Shown piece after piece: positions 45,517 to 55,392 of a stretch of DNA of 58,126 bases. The stretch spans positions 1 through 58,126 of the forward strand of contig QCAB01000003.1 in the NCBI GenBank assembly GCA_003282105.1, in the 5' to 3' direction. Each line of letters begins with the position of its first letter. Positions within the stretch are counted from its first letter, which is position 1. This DNA is from SAR86 cluster bacterium AG-339-G14. GTDB lineage: Bacteria > Pseudomonadota > Gammaproteobacteria > Magnimaribacterales > AG-339-G14. A program made the position numbers and the translations under genes. The notes beneath the pieces are model-generated. The model was not told the DNA's origin. It saw nothing but the letters and a program-made list of their open reading frames with translations, and did not search any database.

Positions 45517-45711
45517 CTAGAATTTCAACATTACTGAATTCCCTTCAAAAACAATACTTAACCCAAAAGTCCACCATAAAGTAGAGACAACTACTAAAAA
45601 TGATAATGTTCTAACGGCTAAATTATAAGAAGTCATACTTCCATGAACCAAAAAAGAAATTAATGCCAACAAGAGAGAAATAGAAGCTGTTACAAATAAT
45701 TCGATAAACAT
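45517..45711 (-). CDS. Small membrane protein (64 aa)
   Basis: Two hydrophobic helices; starts 4 nt downstream of the PhyH gene. Confidence 0.45.
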   Translation of the reverse strand: MFIELFVTASISLLLALISFLVHGSMTSYNLAVRTLSFLVVVSTLWWTFGLSIVFEGNSVMLKF

Positions 45712-45715
45712 GAAT

Positions 45716-46609
45716 TTATTTATTCGATTTAGAAACTAACTCTTCGGGATTTGGTAGTAAACTAAAGTTGTCATCTACTTCGGCCTTAAACATATTTTCA
45801 GGAGAAACAGATTCATAAACGGCACTTTTATCGTTAGGATCTGAATAAAAACCTAATACATAACCTCCTTTTGAATAGCCAATAAGAGACCTTATTTCTG
45901 GAGACAAATCTTTAGCAATCTCTGGCGGACATGACAGATATTGATTTTCTTCTTGTCTAAGCCAATTTAGGGCATAGTGCAAAAATACTCCCGTTCTAGC
46001 TTCACTAGAGGTAGTATTTTCTCCACCTCCATGTAGGACAGTCCCAGTGTAAAGTAAAACAGATCCAGCAGTCATTTCGGCATAAGCTATCTCATCTTCA
46101 CTAGGCAATCGGTCTTTATCCCATTTATGTGAGCCAGGAACTATTTGAGTAGCACCATTTTCTTTTGTAAAGTCTGTGACAGCCCAAATGGTGCTCATGA
46201 GAGGCTCTACTTTTCTGGGCAAATAGCCTCCCCATATTCCTCTGTCTCGATGTAAAATTTGCTTTGATTCGCCTGGGCCAATACAAACAGCAGAAGTAAA
46301 ATGAAGTTGGTAACCATCTCCATATGGATCTAAATACTCTTTTGAGACTCTGTTAATTTTTTCATTCAAAGCTAATTTTCTACAAGAATCTGATCTTGCA
46401 ATTAATGCGCCAATTCTTTTGGTCTTAAACCCAGTAAAATCGTCTCTTCCATAAGAATCGGTCTCTAGATATGGACTTAACTCAGAATTAAGTTTATCAA
46501 TTTCTTCAGAAGCCATTAAATTATCGATAATTAGTCCTGCATCACTTTCTAATAAAGACAAAATTTCATCTATGGAACAATCAGAATTTAAATGTTTTAA
46601 AGAAGCCAT
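45716..46609 (-). CDS. Phytanoyl-CoA dioxygenase (PhyH) family Fe(II)/2-oxoglutarate oxygenase
   Basis: ILHRDRG (the H-x-D of the facial triad), VPGSHKWD and VLHGGGEN. Confidence 0.8.
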   Translation of the reverse strand: MASLKHLNSDCSIDEILSLLESDAGLIIDNLMASEEIDKLNSELSPYLETDSYGRDDFTGFKTKRIGALIARSDSCRKLALNEKINRVSKEYLDPYGDGYQLHFTSAVCIGPGESKQILHRDRGIWGGYLPRKVEPLMSTIWAVTDFTKENGATQIVPGSHKWDKDRLPSEDEIAYAEMTAGSVLLYTGTVLHGGGENTTSSEARTGVFLHYALNWLRQEENQYLSCPPEIAKDLSPEIRSLIGYSKGGYVLGFYSDPNDKSAVYESVSPENMFKAEVDDNFSLLPNPEELVSKSNK

Positions 46610-46618
46610 TATTAAATT

Positions 46619-47911
46619 TTATAATTTTTCCTGAAAATATTCTTCAGAATTAATGATTTTTATACCATCACTTATTAATAGTTTCTTGAGATCATAATTA
46701 CCTATAATTAATTCGATCTCCCAACCACTATTTGTAGAAATTTCTTTGATAATTTTTGCAGTTTTAAAGCATTTGGCCCTTATGTTTGGATTTTTAAAGT
46801 CGATGAAAAGTTTTCCTTTAAATAATCCTCTATTTGCATGACTAGAAACTAGGTCTTTTAATAATTCGATGCCAATGCCCTCCTTAGCGGACACATTCAC
46901 TGAATTCACTACATTGTTAATTTCGAAATCTATTTTTTCTACCAAGTCAACTTTGTTTTTAACAAATATTTGAGGAATATTTTCAGCTCCTATATCAACT
47001 AAAGTTTTGTTTACTTCAAAAATCTTATTTTCAAAAGCTCTGTCATTTACATCAACCACATGAAGTAAAAGATCTGCAGATTTTAAATCGTCTAGCGTAG
47101 CTTTAAAGGATTCAATCAAAGAAGTCGGTAAATCAGAAATAAAACCCACCGTATCAATATAAATAATGGATTCAGATCCAGGAGTAAGATTTTTTCTTGT
47201 AACGGTATCTAATGTTGCAAACATCTTATCTGCCTCAAATTCATTAGAGCCAGTCAATTGGTTAAAAAGTGTGGTTTTCCCAGCATTTGTGTAACCTACA
47301 ATTCCAACGATATGGTTTCTGCCCTTTTTCCTAGAGTATCTATTCAAGTTTTTTTGTTGATGACTTTTTATTAATCTTTTTTTTATACTTTTTATTCGAT
47401 TTGAAACAAGTCGACGGTCTGTTTCTAACTGTGTTTCTCCAGGTCCTCTAAGTCCAATCCCCCCTTTTTGTCTTTCCAAATGACTCCAACCTCTAACCAA
47501 TCTCGTTGAAAGGTGGGACAATTGTGCTAATTCAACTTGCATTTTCCCTATATGGCTAGAAGCTCTACGTGCAAAAATATCTAAAATTAAACCCGTTCTA
47601 TCCAATACCCTTGAATTAAGAAAGCCTTCAATGTTGCGTTCTTGAGAAGGCGATAAGTCATGATTGAAGATTACCAAAGAACAATTATGTTGGATTAAAG
47701 AATTTTTGATTTCTTCTAGCTTTCCCTTTCCAATAAAATACTTTGCGTTAATAGTTTTTTGATGAAAATTAAATTCATCAATTATCTCTGCACTAGTTGA
47801 AGAAACTAATTCTTTAAATTCTGAAAATATTTCATTTGCATTTAAGTTTATTAAATTACCTAAAGAAGAATTTACTATTATTACTTCGTTTAAAATTTTT
47901 GATTCATTCAT
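46619..47911 (-). CDS. hflX: GTPase HflX
   Basis: HflX N-domain, G1 GYTNAGKTTLFNQLTG, G3 DTVGF and G4 NKVD. Confidence 0.9.
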   Translation of the reverse strand: MNESKILNEVIIVNSSLGNLINLNANEIFSEFKELVSSTSAEIIDEFNFHQKTINAKYFIGKGKLEEIKNSLIQHNCSLVIFNHDLSPSQERNIEGFLNSRVLDRTGLILDIFARRASSHIGKMQVELAQLSHLSTRLVRGWSHLERQKGGIGLRGPGETQLETDRRLVSNRIKSIKKRLIKSHQQKNLNRYSRKKGRNHIVGIVGYTNAGKTTLFNQLTGSNEFEADKMFATLDTVTRKNLTPGSESIIYIDTVGFISDLPTSLIESFKATLDDLKSADLLLHVVDVNDRAFENKIFEVNKTLVDIGAENIPQIFVKNKVDLVEKIDFEINNVVNSVNVSAKEGIGIELLKDLVSSHANRGLFKGKLFIDFKNPNIRAKCFKTAKIIKEISTNSGWEIELIIGNYDLKKLLISDGIKIINSEEYFQEKL

Positions 47912-47916
47912 AATGG

Positions 47917-48039
47917 TTAATGATCGTGACCACCAAATTCTAAACCAACAGCTTCAAGCATCTCATGTTGAGCAGAGTAATAAATGTATAAAGAACCTAC
48001 AAGAATAAAAGTAAAAAGGCCAATCATTAGATATCTCAT
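47917..48039 (-). CDS. Candidate 40-aa membrane micro-protein (MRYLMIGLFTFILVGSLYIYY...EFGGHDH)
   Basis: Its ATG overlaps the TGA of the upstream 63-aa ORF (ATGA). Its stop lies 5 nt before the hflX ATG. Confidence 0.35.
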   Translation of the reverse strand: MRYLMIGLFTFILVGSLYIYYSAQHEMLEAVGLEFGGHDH

Positions 48040-48227
48040 AATAAGATTTTAATATAAAACAAAAGAATAGAATTTACTAACAATCCGAATCCAATCGATC
48101 CTATGATTTCATAATAAAAATTTCTGTCTACGATATTAATTCTAGATTCTGAATACACTTGAATTATGAAATAGCTTATCAAGCTCCACATTACCCAAAA
48201 GGATATGAAAATTAAAAAACTACTCAT
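48036..48227 (-). CDS. Small membrane protein (63 aa from ATG 48227)
   Basis: MSSFLIFISFWVMW... begins with an ATGA overlap on the stop of the 105-aa ORF. Confidence 0.45.
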   Translation of the reverse strand: MSSFLIFISFWVMWSLISYFIIQVYSESRINIVDRNFYYEIIGSIGFGLLVNSILLFYIKILL

Positions 48228-48541
48228 AAAACGATAAAACTTTGAACTTTGAATAATGTAGATAAACCAAAAAATAAAGTTCCAATTGAAGCAAACCATC
48301 GTTTTGAAAAATAATATTTTTGTGAATCATAATGAAAAATCATTCCAGGAAATGGTTTTGTTCTATCAGTAGTCTTTAACACCCTGATACATAGATATGT
48401 AAAATAAGCAAAAAACAGAGTTAAGACAAAATCAAAAAAAGTAGAATTAGGTTTCAGAAAACTTACAGGAACGAAAATACTTACTAAAATGGAGATTATC
48501 GTAAAGATCCCTCCGAATATCCCTAAGAAAAGTTTCAACAT
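48224..48541 (-). CDS. Small membrane protein (105 aa)
   Basis: Three hydrophobic helices; starts 4 nt after the P450 stop. Confidence 0.5.
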   Translation of the reverse strand: MLKLFLGIFGGIFTIISILVSIFVPVSFLKPNSTFFDFVLTLFFAYFTYLCIRVLKTTDRTKPFPGMIFHYDSQKYYFSKRWFASIGTLFFGLSTLFKVQSFIVL

Positions 48542-48545
48542 CTTT

Positions 48546-49844
48546 TTAAACTTTAAGTTCTAAGTTTTCAAACCCTCTAAATATGAAATTCTTTTGCCAA
48601 TCAGGGTTTTTATCTCCAAGCTTCATATTAGGGAACCTTTCTAATAATCTTTCAAACACAAGTCTTGTTTCGATTCTTGCTAAATTTGCACCAATACACA
48701 TGTGCGGTCCATAGCCAAATGAAACGTGCTTAATATTTTCTCTAAGGATATTAAAAGAGTCCGGATCCTGATTGGCTTCAGGATCTCTATTTGCTCCAGC
48801 AATACTTATAGCAAAAGGCGTGCCCCTTTTATAATCTCTGTTTCTATAAGTCATATTTTCATTGGCAAATCTAACAGTAGCGTGCACAGGCGGCTCATAT
48901 CTAAGCATTTCTTCTATAGCATTAGGTATTTTGGAATGATCATCTTTTAAACATTCAAATTGATCAGGATGGTTTAGTAGAGCAAACAGTCCATTGCCTA
49001 CCAATCTAGTGGTTGTTTCATGTCCAGCTATTAATAAGAGCAAACAAGTACCATACATTTCCTTTACATTTAACTTATCACCTTCTTCTTCTGCGAGTAT
49101 TAATTTTCCAATAAAATCATCTCCAGGATTATCTTTGCGTTCTATAATTATTTTTTCAAAATATCGAATTAAATCCTCATAAGCATCTCTTGCTAGCCTT
49201 CTTTTTTTTACCGAAGAACCAATCCCACCAACTTCTTTTAAAAGATTTTCAGACCAAGTTTGAAACTGATTAAGATCTGAATCAGGGAGGCCCATCATTT
49301 TGGCAATAACAATTGCTGGCAGAGGCTTCGCTAATACATTCATTAAATCAAAACTTTCTAAGTTATGAGTTTTATCTAAACATTGATTAATGGTGTCGTT
49401 AATTTCAGTTTCTAAAGATTTTATGTATCTATTGGTAAATCCATAAGAAACAAGTTTTCTTATCCTTGAATGATCTGGCGGATCAAGCTTTAAAATGCTT
49501 GGGTTTTCAAATTGGTCTAACATAATTTCTCTACCATCTCTTCTCAACTCGTTTCTTCTTAATTTTGCTATTGGAAATTTTCTATCATCTACACTGAATC
49601 GATCATCTCTTATCATTTCCTGAACAAGTTCCATTTTAGTGACCCATCTCAGGAAAGTAGGTTTTGAGTGATAGATGGGATTTATTGATCTCATCCTAGA
49701 ATATGTCTTGTATGGATTGTTTTGAAAAGAAGAGGAAAAAATATCTAACGCGAAACCTTTGTTTGAGATACGTTCTAAGATTACCCCTATATTATAGAAA
49801 CGATAAATTAAAAAAATTCTAATCGAATTTATTAACTCTTTCAT
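48546..49844 (-). CDS. Cytochrome P450
   Basis: Heme loop FGYGPHMCIGANLA, I-helix LLIAGHETT and ExxR (EMLRYEPP). Confidence 0.9.
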   Translation of the reverse strand: MKELINSIRIFLIYRFYNIGVILERISNKGFALDIFSSSFQNNPYKTYSRMRSINPIYHSKPTFLRWVTKMELVQEMIRDDRFSVDDRKFPIAKLRRNELRRDGREIMLDQFENPSILKLDPPDHSRIRKLVSYGFTNRYIKSLETEINDTINQCLDKTHNLESFDLMNVLAKPLPAIVIAKMMGLPDSDLNQFQTWSENLLKEVGGIGSSVKKRRLARDAYEDLIRYFEKIIIERKDNPGDDFIGKLILAEEEGDKLNVKEMYGTCLLLLIAGHETTTRLVGNGLFALLNHPDQFECLKDDHSKIPNAIEEMLRYEPPVHATVRFANENMTYRNRDYKRGTPFAISIAGANRDPEANQDPDSFNILRENIKHVSFGYGPHMCIGANLARIETRLVFERLLERFPNMKLGDKNPDWQKNFIFRGFENLELKV

Positions 49845-50407
49845 TTAATCAGCGACTTAATTTTTGAAGATAAATCTTTTAATTGTGGTTTGTTTTCCAA
49901 AATTTCTTTGAATTCAAGTCCTTGCAATTCATGAGGGAAAATAAGCCATTTATTGGTTTTATGAATGTAAAAATCTGGTTTTAAGTCAGTTTCATTTTTA
50001 TCAGGCTTAAAATAAGGCGTTGCTACTTTTATTTCAGGAGTATTCTTTTTACAAGTTTTGTTGATATCTAAAATTATCTGTTTGATTGAATTTCCTGTGT
50101 CATGAACATCATCAACAATTAATAATTTATCATCCGATTCGAATTTTTTCGTAACATAATTTAATCCATAAACTCTAACTTTCTTTTTTCTTTTGTTTAT
50201 ACCGCTGTAATAAGAGGTTCTGATAGCAATGTGATCGGAATCTATTTTTAAGACTTTTAGAAATTCTTGAACAGCAATTCCCACCGGCGCGCCTCCCCTC
50301 CATACTCCTACAATATAATTCGGTTTATAGCCACTTTCATAAATTTTCCAAGCTAGATTAAAAGAGTCTTCTAATAGCTGATTTGCTCCGATGAAATATT
50401 TTTCCAT
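49841..50407 (-). CDS. Phosphoribosyltransferase (Gpt/xanthine-guanine PRT-like)
   Basis: VWRGGAPVGIA, the PRPP loop LLIVDDVHDTGNS, and a C-terminal WLIFPHE. Its stop overlaps the P450 start (ATGA). Confidence 0.7.
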   Translation of the reverse strand: MEKYFIGANQLLEDSFNLAWKIYESGYKPNYIVGVWRGGAPVGIAVQEFLKVLKIDSDHIAIRTSYYSGINKRKKKVRVYGLNYVTKKFESDDKLLIVDDVHDTGNSIKQIILDINKTCKKNTPEIKVATPYFKPDKNETDLKPDFYIHKTNKWLIFPHELQGLEFKEILENKPQLKDLSSKIKSLIK

Positions 50408-50460
50408 GAGCTAAGGTTTTACCTTGATACAAAATATTTTGCAATCAAAAATACTCGAAA

Positions 50461-50487
50461 ACAGTATAGATCAGAAATCTATACTGT
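50461..50487 (-). terminator. Hairpin overlapping the TonB-dependent receptor stop codon (terminator candidate)
   Basis: Perfect 11-bp arms (ACAGTATAGAT / ATCTATACTGT) with a 5-nt loop, followed on the minus strand by TTTTCGAGTATTTTTG. The stem is AT-rich, so stability is modest. Confidence 0.4.
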
Positions 50488-52816
50488 AACGTGTCATCAT
50501 TTGTCTTGGCGGTATGTATTCTATACCTGTTCCAGCAACCCCAAATACGTCAGTCATACTTGAGTTAATTCCGTCTTCATCGGTAAGATTAGTGAATATG
50601 AAATCTACGCTAGAGTTATCTGAAAATTCAAGCCCTATACTTAAATTAACAATTTCGTAGGCTGGAATAGCATCCTGAGCTGGCCTATTAGCAACTCTTT
50701 GGAAAAATTCACCACGTTTTACAAACTGTAAAACCGAGGTAAGGCCATTTCCGTTAGGTAAAGTAGTAGCATAGTTTAAACTTACATCAATGTTTAAATC
50801 AGGCGCTTTTGCTAATTCATTTCCTTTAAGGTCCTGTTTAAGATCGTATCTAGCTAGCTCAGCACCAAAATAGTGTTGTTGAGCAAGAACGTTATCTAAA
50901 TATACAAAAGACGATGTAATTTCGGTGTCTAAATACCCCAAATTAGCATCGAGAGTTAGAGAATCAGTTAAAAGAGCAGTGAATTCTAACTCTATCCCTT
51001 CGACTTCAGATTCAGGAATATTAACTACTCCGCCCCTGAATACATCTGGATCTGTTCCTTGTAATTGAAGATTTTCATAAGTGTAACTAAACAAAGCTAA
51101 GTTTGCTCTAGCTTTTCCATCCAAAAAGTCAGCTTTCAAACCAATCTCAGTTGAATCAACAATTTCTGATAAGAAAGTCCTTTCGACAAGTGTAGGAGCT
51201 AACTGAGAAGTTTGTCTAAAAGCAGCGTCTAATTCCGCGCGAGTTTTAAAACCAAAAGTTAGATTTGATCCACCTGGTTTGAACCCTCTAGTTTGTGATA
51301 GATAAACCATGATTTCATCTTGTACGTCATACTCAAAAGTAATTCTTCCGGTATTCTCATTAGCTGTTTCGTCAAGGTCAAAAATTTGAAATCCAAAAAA
51401 GTTTGAAACGTCAGTTGCAAAATTATCTCTAGTGAATCTCAATCCAGTAATTAATCTTGCATCATCATTAAAACTGTAAGTAGTTTCTCCAAATGCAGAT
51501 AAAGATCTCCTTACAGGGAATGCATCAGAAACGAATCCAAATTCAGCATCGTAGGGAATTACAGAACCGCCAACTTCGTAACAGTTTGGTGCGGGCAATG
51601 CAAAAGGCTCCCCGCAAACATAATAAAAGGATGCGTCAACAGTTCCGCCATTAGCACCATCTAAATATTCTCTTATGTGATTTTCTATCTCGTGATCTAA
51701 ATAAAACATTCCAACGGTCCAATCTAATTTTCCGTCCATCAAAGGTTCGTTTGAAACCAAATTAAACTCGACCGTATTGGTATCTACTTTCGAGGTCTCT
51801 GGTCTAAATTCGGCTTTTGTATAGCTTGAAACTCCAGGTATAGAAGACGCAGTTACTCCGAAGTTATGTCTATCGTTGTCTCTATCAACTGATATTTCAT
51901 CTCGTTGATAGCTGAAAAGAATCTTTAAATTAGCAAAATCGAGATCTGTCTCAAAAATACCTGCTGAAATAAATGAGCTTAACGATTGAGTTGACATAGT
52001 ATCTTGTGAGAGATACCTAATACCCGCGGTAGTATCATCAATACCTTTCATAGCCGAACCATTTCTGTTGACGTCAAAATATTGAGCGAAAAATCTAAAA
52101 GTAGAATCACCACTAAGATCAACAAACCAATCATTTCTTATTCCAAAATTCTCTGCATCATCAAGATCTTGTCCATTAGTAATATTTGTAGAAAACCCAT
52201 CTCTTGTGGTTGAAGTTAAAGAAATTCTAGTAGAAACAGAATCAGAAACTGGAATACTCGAAATAAATTTCCCTTTTCTTAGTCCATAATTTCCCACAGT
52301 GAATTCAGCAGCGCTAAATGATTCTGTTAAAGAGGGAATCGAACTCACCACATTGATTGCTCCACCAGTTGAGTTTTGTCCAAAAAGCGTTCCTTGAGGA
52401 CCCCTGATAACTTCAATCCTGTCTATGTCGATGAAATCAGTTTGAAGGGCGAATGGTGAGGCTATAAAAATTCCATCTAAGTGGAACGCAACTGAAGGAG
52501 CCGCAATAGCGTTTTGGTTGGTTTCATTACCTACTCCTCTTATTGATATTACAGTTTTATAACCCTCGTTTTTTGCAACGGTAACTCCTGGCACAATAGC
52601 ACTTAAGTCCACCATAGAAGTAATATTTTTAGCTTCTATTTCATCACCGGTTATAGCTGTGACGGCTTGAGATACGTCTTGAAGACCTTCGAATCTTTTT
52701 TCTGCAGTAACTATTACTTCCTCTAAAAAACCCCCACTTTGGGAAACAGCAAAATTACTGGAAGTAATAATTAAAAAAGATATAAAAAAGCGTTTGATAA
52801 ATTTAGTGTTTTCCAT
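50471..52816 (-). CDS. TonB-dependent receptor
   Basis: Signal peptide, plug domain (EEVIVTAEKR, RIEVIRGPQGTLFGQNSTGGAINV), a long beta-barrel and a terminal YSIDF. Confidence 0.9.
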   Translation of the reverse strand: MENTKFIKRFFISFLIITSSNFAVSQSGGFLEEVIVTAEKRFEGLQDVSQAVTAITGDEIEAKNITSMVDLSAIVPGVTVAKNEGYKTVISIRGVGNETNQNAIAAPSVAFHLDGIFIASPFALQTDFIDIDRIEVIRGPQGTLFGQNSTGGAINVVSSIPSLTESFSAAEFTVGNYGLRKGKFISSIPVSDSVSTRISLTSTTRDGFSTNITNGQDLDDAENFGIRNDWFVDLSGDSTFRFFAQYFDVNRNGSAMKGIDDTTAGIRYLSQDTMSTQSLSSFISAGIFETDLDFANLKILFSYQRDEISVDRDNDRHNFGVTASSIPGVSSYTKAEFRPETSKVDTNTVEFNLVSNEPLMDGKLDWTVGMFYLDHEIENHIREYLDGANGGTVDASFYYVCGEPFALPAPNCYEVGGSVIPYDAEFGFVSDAFPVRRSLSAFGETTYSFNDDARLITGLRFTRDNFATDVSNFFGFQIFDLDETANENTGRITFEYDVQDEIMVYLSQTRGFKPGGSNLTFGFKTRAELDAAFRQTSQLAPTLVERTFLSEIVDSTEIGLKADFLDGKARANLALFSYTYENLQLQGTDPDVFRGGVVNIPESEVEGIELEFTALLTDSLTLDANLGYLDTEITSSFVYLDNVLAQQHYFGAELARYDLKQDLKGNELAKAPDLNIDVSLNYATTLPNGNGLTSVLQFVKRGEFFQRVANRPAQDAIPAYEIVNLSIGLEFSDNSSVDFIFTNLTDEDGINSSMTDVFGVAGTGIEYIPPRQMMTRYSIDF

Positions 52817-53003
52817 ATTTAATTATCTAATATTGAAAAAGTAGCATTAATTAAAAATATTGTTACTAAAATCTTATAATTTGCCCTACTTTGTCACAAA
52901 TTAAGTTTTCAAGTGTTCAAAGTTAAAACAAAAGATGCAAACCTTTATGATTTTTACAACTTAGTGTATGTGTATACTAAGATGAAAACATTAAATAAGA
53001 TTT

Positions 53004-54302
53004 ATGAAAGCAATTTTAGAAAGTTTTTTTAAAATTAAAGAATTTGAAACTAATATCCAAAAAGAATTATTAGCCGGATTCACAACTTTTGTGACAATGG
53101 CTTATATAATTTTTGTCAATCCTCAAATTATGTCACTAGCTGGCATGGATCAAGGAGCAGTATTCGTAGGAACTTGCTTAGCAGCTGCCTTAGCTTGTAT
53201 TTTGATGGGTTTGGTTGCGAATTGGCCAATAGGTTTAGCGCCAGGCATGGGTTTGAATGCCTTCTTTACTTTCACAGTAGTTGGAGAAATGGGCTATTCT
53301 TGGGAGATAGCCCTAGGATCTGTTTTTTTAGCTGGCGTTTTATTTTTCTTGATAAGTGTTACTAAATTGAGAGGTTGGATGATTGATAGCATTCCGTTAA
53401 ATCTAAGAATTGCAATGGGCGCAGGAGTTGGATTGTTTATCGGGTTCATTGGACTGAAAAGTGGTGGCCTTATAATTAGTAACGAGGCGACTTTCTTGAA
53501 ACTTGGAAATCTCGCGAACATTGAAACGTTGTTAGCTGCTTTTGGATTTCTTATTATCTCAGTTCTTGCGGTAAGAAAAATTCCAGGATCTATTTTGATA
53601 GGTGTCCTTGCAGTGACGTTGATTTCTTTGTTAATCAACATAGTTGAGTTTAATGGTATTGTTTCCTTGCCTCCCTCGATCGACCCAGTTCTATTAAAAC
53701 TTGATATCTATGGAGCTCTAGATGTATCCATGATTACAATCGTAATGTCATTTCTTTTCGTTAATTTATTTGATACCACTGGAACTTTGCTTGGGGTAGC
53801 TAATCAAGCAAATTTAGTTGACGAATCAGGAAATGCAGAAAATCTTGATAAGGCTCTCAAAGCTGATAGCAGCATGAGTTTTATGGGGGCTTTCTTTGGT
53901 TGCTCTCCTGTAACAAGTTACGTTGAAAGCTCAGCAGGAGTCGAGGCAGGTGGCCGAACAGGTCTTACGGCGGTATTTATCGGATTTTTCTTTTTACTAT
54001 CTATCTTCTTATCGCCTATCGCTCTTATAGTCCCAGCTTGCGCTACTGCGGGGGCTTTACTTTATGTGGCAATTTTGATGCTGAGTGGGATGGAGAAACT
54101 AAACTGGTCAAGTATGGTGGAGTTACTGCCTGCGCTGATTATCATCATTATGATTCCCTTAACTTTTTCTATAGCAGACGGTATAGCTCTGGGATTTCTT
54201 TGTTATATCGTATTAAAAATAGGATATGGCGAAATTAATAAAATTAGTTTGGGCGCTTGGTTTTTGACTCTAGTTTTTGTTTCAAAATTTATTTTTCTTT
54301 GA
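53004..54302 (+). CDS. NCS2/AzgA-family purine (adenine/guanine/hypoxanthine) permease
   Basis: ELLAGFTTFVTMAYIIFVNPQI, YVESSAGVEAGGRTGLTA, and about 12 TM segments. Confidence 0.85.
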   Translation: MKAILESFFKIKEFETNIQKELLAGFTTFVTMAYIIFVNPQIMSLAGMDQGAVFVGTCLAAALACILMGLVANWPIGLAPGMGLNAFFTFTVVGEMGYSWEIALGSVFLAGVLFFLISVTKLRGWMIDSIPLNLRIAMGAGVGLFIGFIGLKSGGLIISNEATFLKLGNLANIETLLAAFGFLIISVLAVRKIPGSILIGVLAVTLISLLINIVEFNGIVSLPPSIDPVLLKLDIYGALDVSMITIVMSFLFVNLFDTTGTLLGVANQANLVDESGNAENLDKALKADSSMSFMGAFFGCSPVTSYVESSAGVEAGGRTGLTAVFIGFFFLLSIFLSPIALIVPACATAGALLYVAILMLSGMEKLNWSSMVELLPALIIIIMIPLTFSIADGIALGFLCYIVLKIGYGEINKISLGAWFLTLVFVSKFIFL

Positions 54303-54308
54303 AATCTC

Positions 54309-54554
54309 TTATCTGACAATAAAGACGTAAAAAATTGAATATAAGAAGAAGCCAACGAAATAAATAGCAAACAGAATCCAGATAAGCCTTTCAAATAAAT
54401 TTCCTTTTTTATTGAAATACGAGGTCTTATTCGTGAACCATTCGTAAAACCTAGTGTAAAGGTATAAGGGAGTAATGATAAAAAGACTTCCAATAACGTA
54501 ACCAAAAAAAAGAGTGGTTGTAAGCGATGAATAAATAGAGGTTATAAAATCCAT
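54309..54554 (-). CDS. Small membrane protein (81 aa)
   Basis: Hydrophobic helices. Preferred over the overlapping ORF 54203..54505, which runs into the permease gene. Confidence 0.45.
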   Translation of the reverse strand: MDFITSIYSSLTTTLFFGYVIGSLFIITPLYLYTRFYEWFTNKTSYFNKKGNLFERLIWILFAIYFVGFFLYSIFYVFIVR

Positions 54555-54577
54555 ATTTTAAAAGTGTTCTATATTAT

Positions 54578-54994
54578 TTATGATTTATTTTTTATGTGTT
54601 TCCAAAGAAAGCTTAACCCAAATAATGCAGGCAAGTAGCAACAAAGACTAAAAATAATAATTAAGCCGAGCAAATCAGGATCACGAAAAGAAAAAAATGC
54701 AGGTGCATCGATTAGATCAGTCAAAAATCTAATTAGAATTAAAATAAATAGCATCGATGCATTTCTTAAATAAATAGCTAAAAGAAAGGCAAGCCCCACA
54801 GCTAGATTTCTTGCGACATATAAAGCCGAGCTTAAAGTTAAATTCGTAACTTCAGATCCTCCAAAAAAAGATGGATTGGTCAAAGCTATATAAGGGCCAA
54901 CAAACATAGGCCATATCAAAGAAAAAAGAATAATTCCAAACCACCAAGTGTATGTAACCTGATTTAAAGGTAAGTTTTTTAATTTGCTATTCAC
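54578..54994 (-). CDS. Integral membrane protein, unknown function
   Basis: 138 aa with four hydrophobic helices. GTG start directly after the RidA stop. Confidence 0.5.
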   Translation of the reverse strand: MNSKLKNLPLNQVTYTWWFGIILFSLIWPMFVGPYIALTNPSFFGGSEVTNLTLSSALYVARNLAVGLAFLLAIYLRNASMLFILILIRFLTDLIDAPAFFSFRDPDLLGLIIIFSLCCYLPALFGLSFLWKHIKNKS

Positions 54995-55387
54995 TTAAAC
55001 TTTCTCTAAGTATGCAATACACTTAATTTCAATTTTATACTTAGGGTCCACTAAAGCAGAAACTCCAATTAAAGTTTGGGAGACCTCTGGTTTGCAGCCA
55101 TAAATTTTCTCCCTTGAATCAAAAATTTCTCCGACATTAGTCATGCATTCTTCTATGTTTGTTACAAACCAGGTTTCGTCAATAATATTGTCTAATGTTG
55201 CATTAAATTCATTTAAGATGGTCTCGATATTTTTGTAGCAATTTTCCATCTGACCTTGCAGATCATTTGGAACATTACCTTCTAAATCGTCCCCCAATTG
55301 ACCTGCCAAAGTAAGAATATTTCCTGTTTGCACACCATGTGAAAAAAAATCTGCATATGGACCATTTCTAAAAAGTTTTTTATTCAT
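54995..55387 (-). CDS. RidA/YjgF-family protein
   Basis: 130 aa. LTLAGQLG near the N-terminus and a C-terminal IEIKCIA are typical of the family. Confidence 0.75.
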   Translation of the reverse strand: MNKKLFRNGPYADFFSHGVQTGNILTLAGQLGDDLEGNVPNDLQGQMENCYKNIETILNEFNATLDNIIDETWFVTNIEECMTNVGEIFDSREKIYGCKPEVSQTLIGVSALVDPKYKIEIKCIAYLEKV

Positions 55388-55392
55388 TGTAT

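Noticed and set aside
48036-48541. Possible frameshifted single gene formed by the overlapping ORFs 48224..48541 and 48036..48299.
   Set aside because: An internal ATG at 48227 gives a clean ATGA stop/start junction, and the same junction type recurs at 48036-48039. Two coupled small genes explain the data better than a frameshift.
52817-53003. Possible purine riboswitch upstream of the purine permease.
   Set aside because: I could not find the conserved junction elements (a UAUAAU...UAUGG...CCGUAAA-like core) or a three-way-junction pairing. The region looks like a plain AT-rich divergent promoter.
54203-54505. 100-aa ORF overlapping both the permease 3' end and the 81-aa ORF.
   Set aside because: It overlaps 100 nt of the well-supported permease gene on the opposite strand. 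The alternative ORF 54309..54554 fits the intergenic space exactly.
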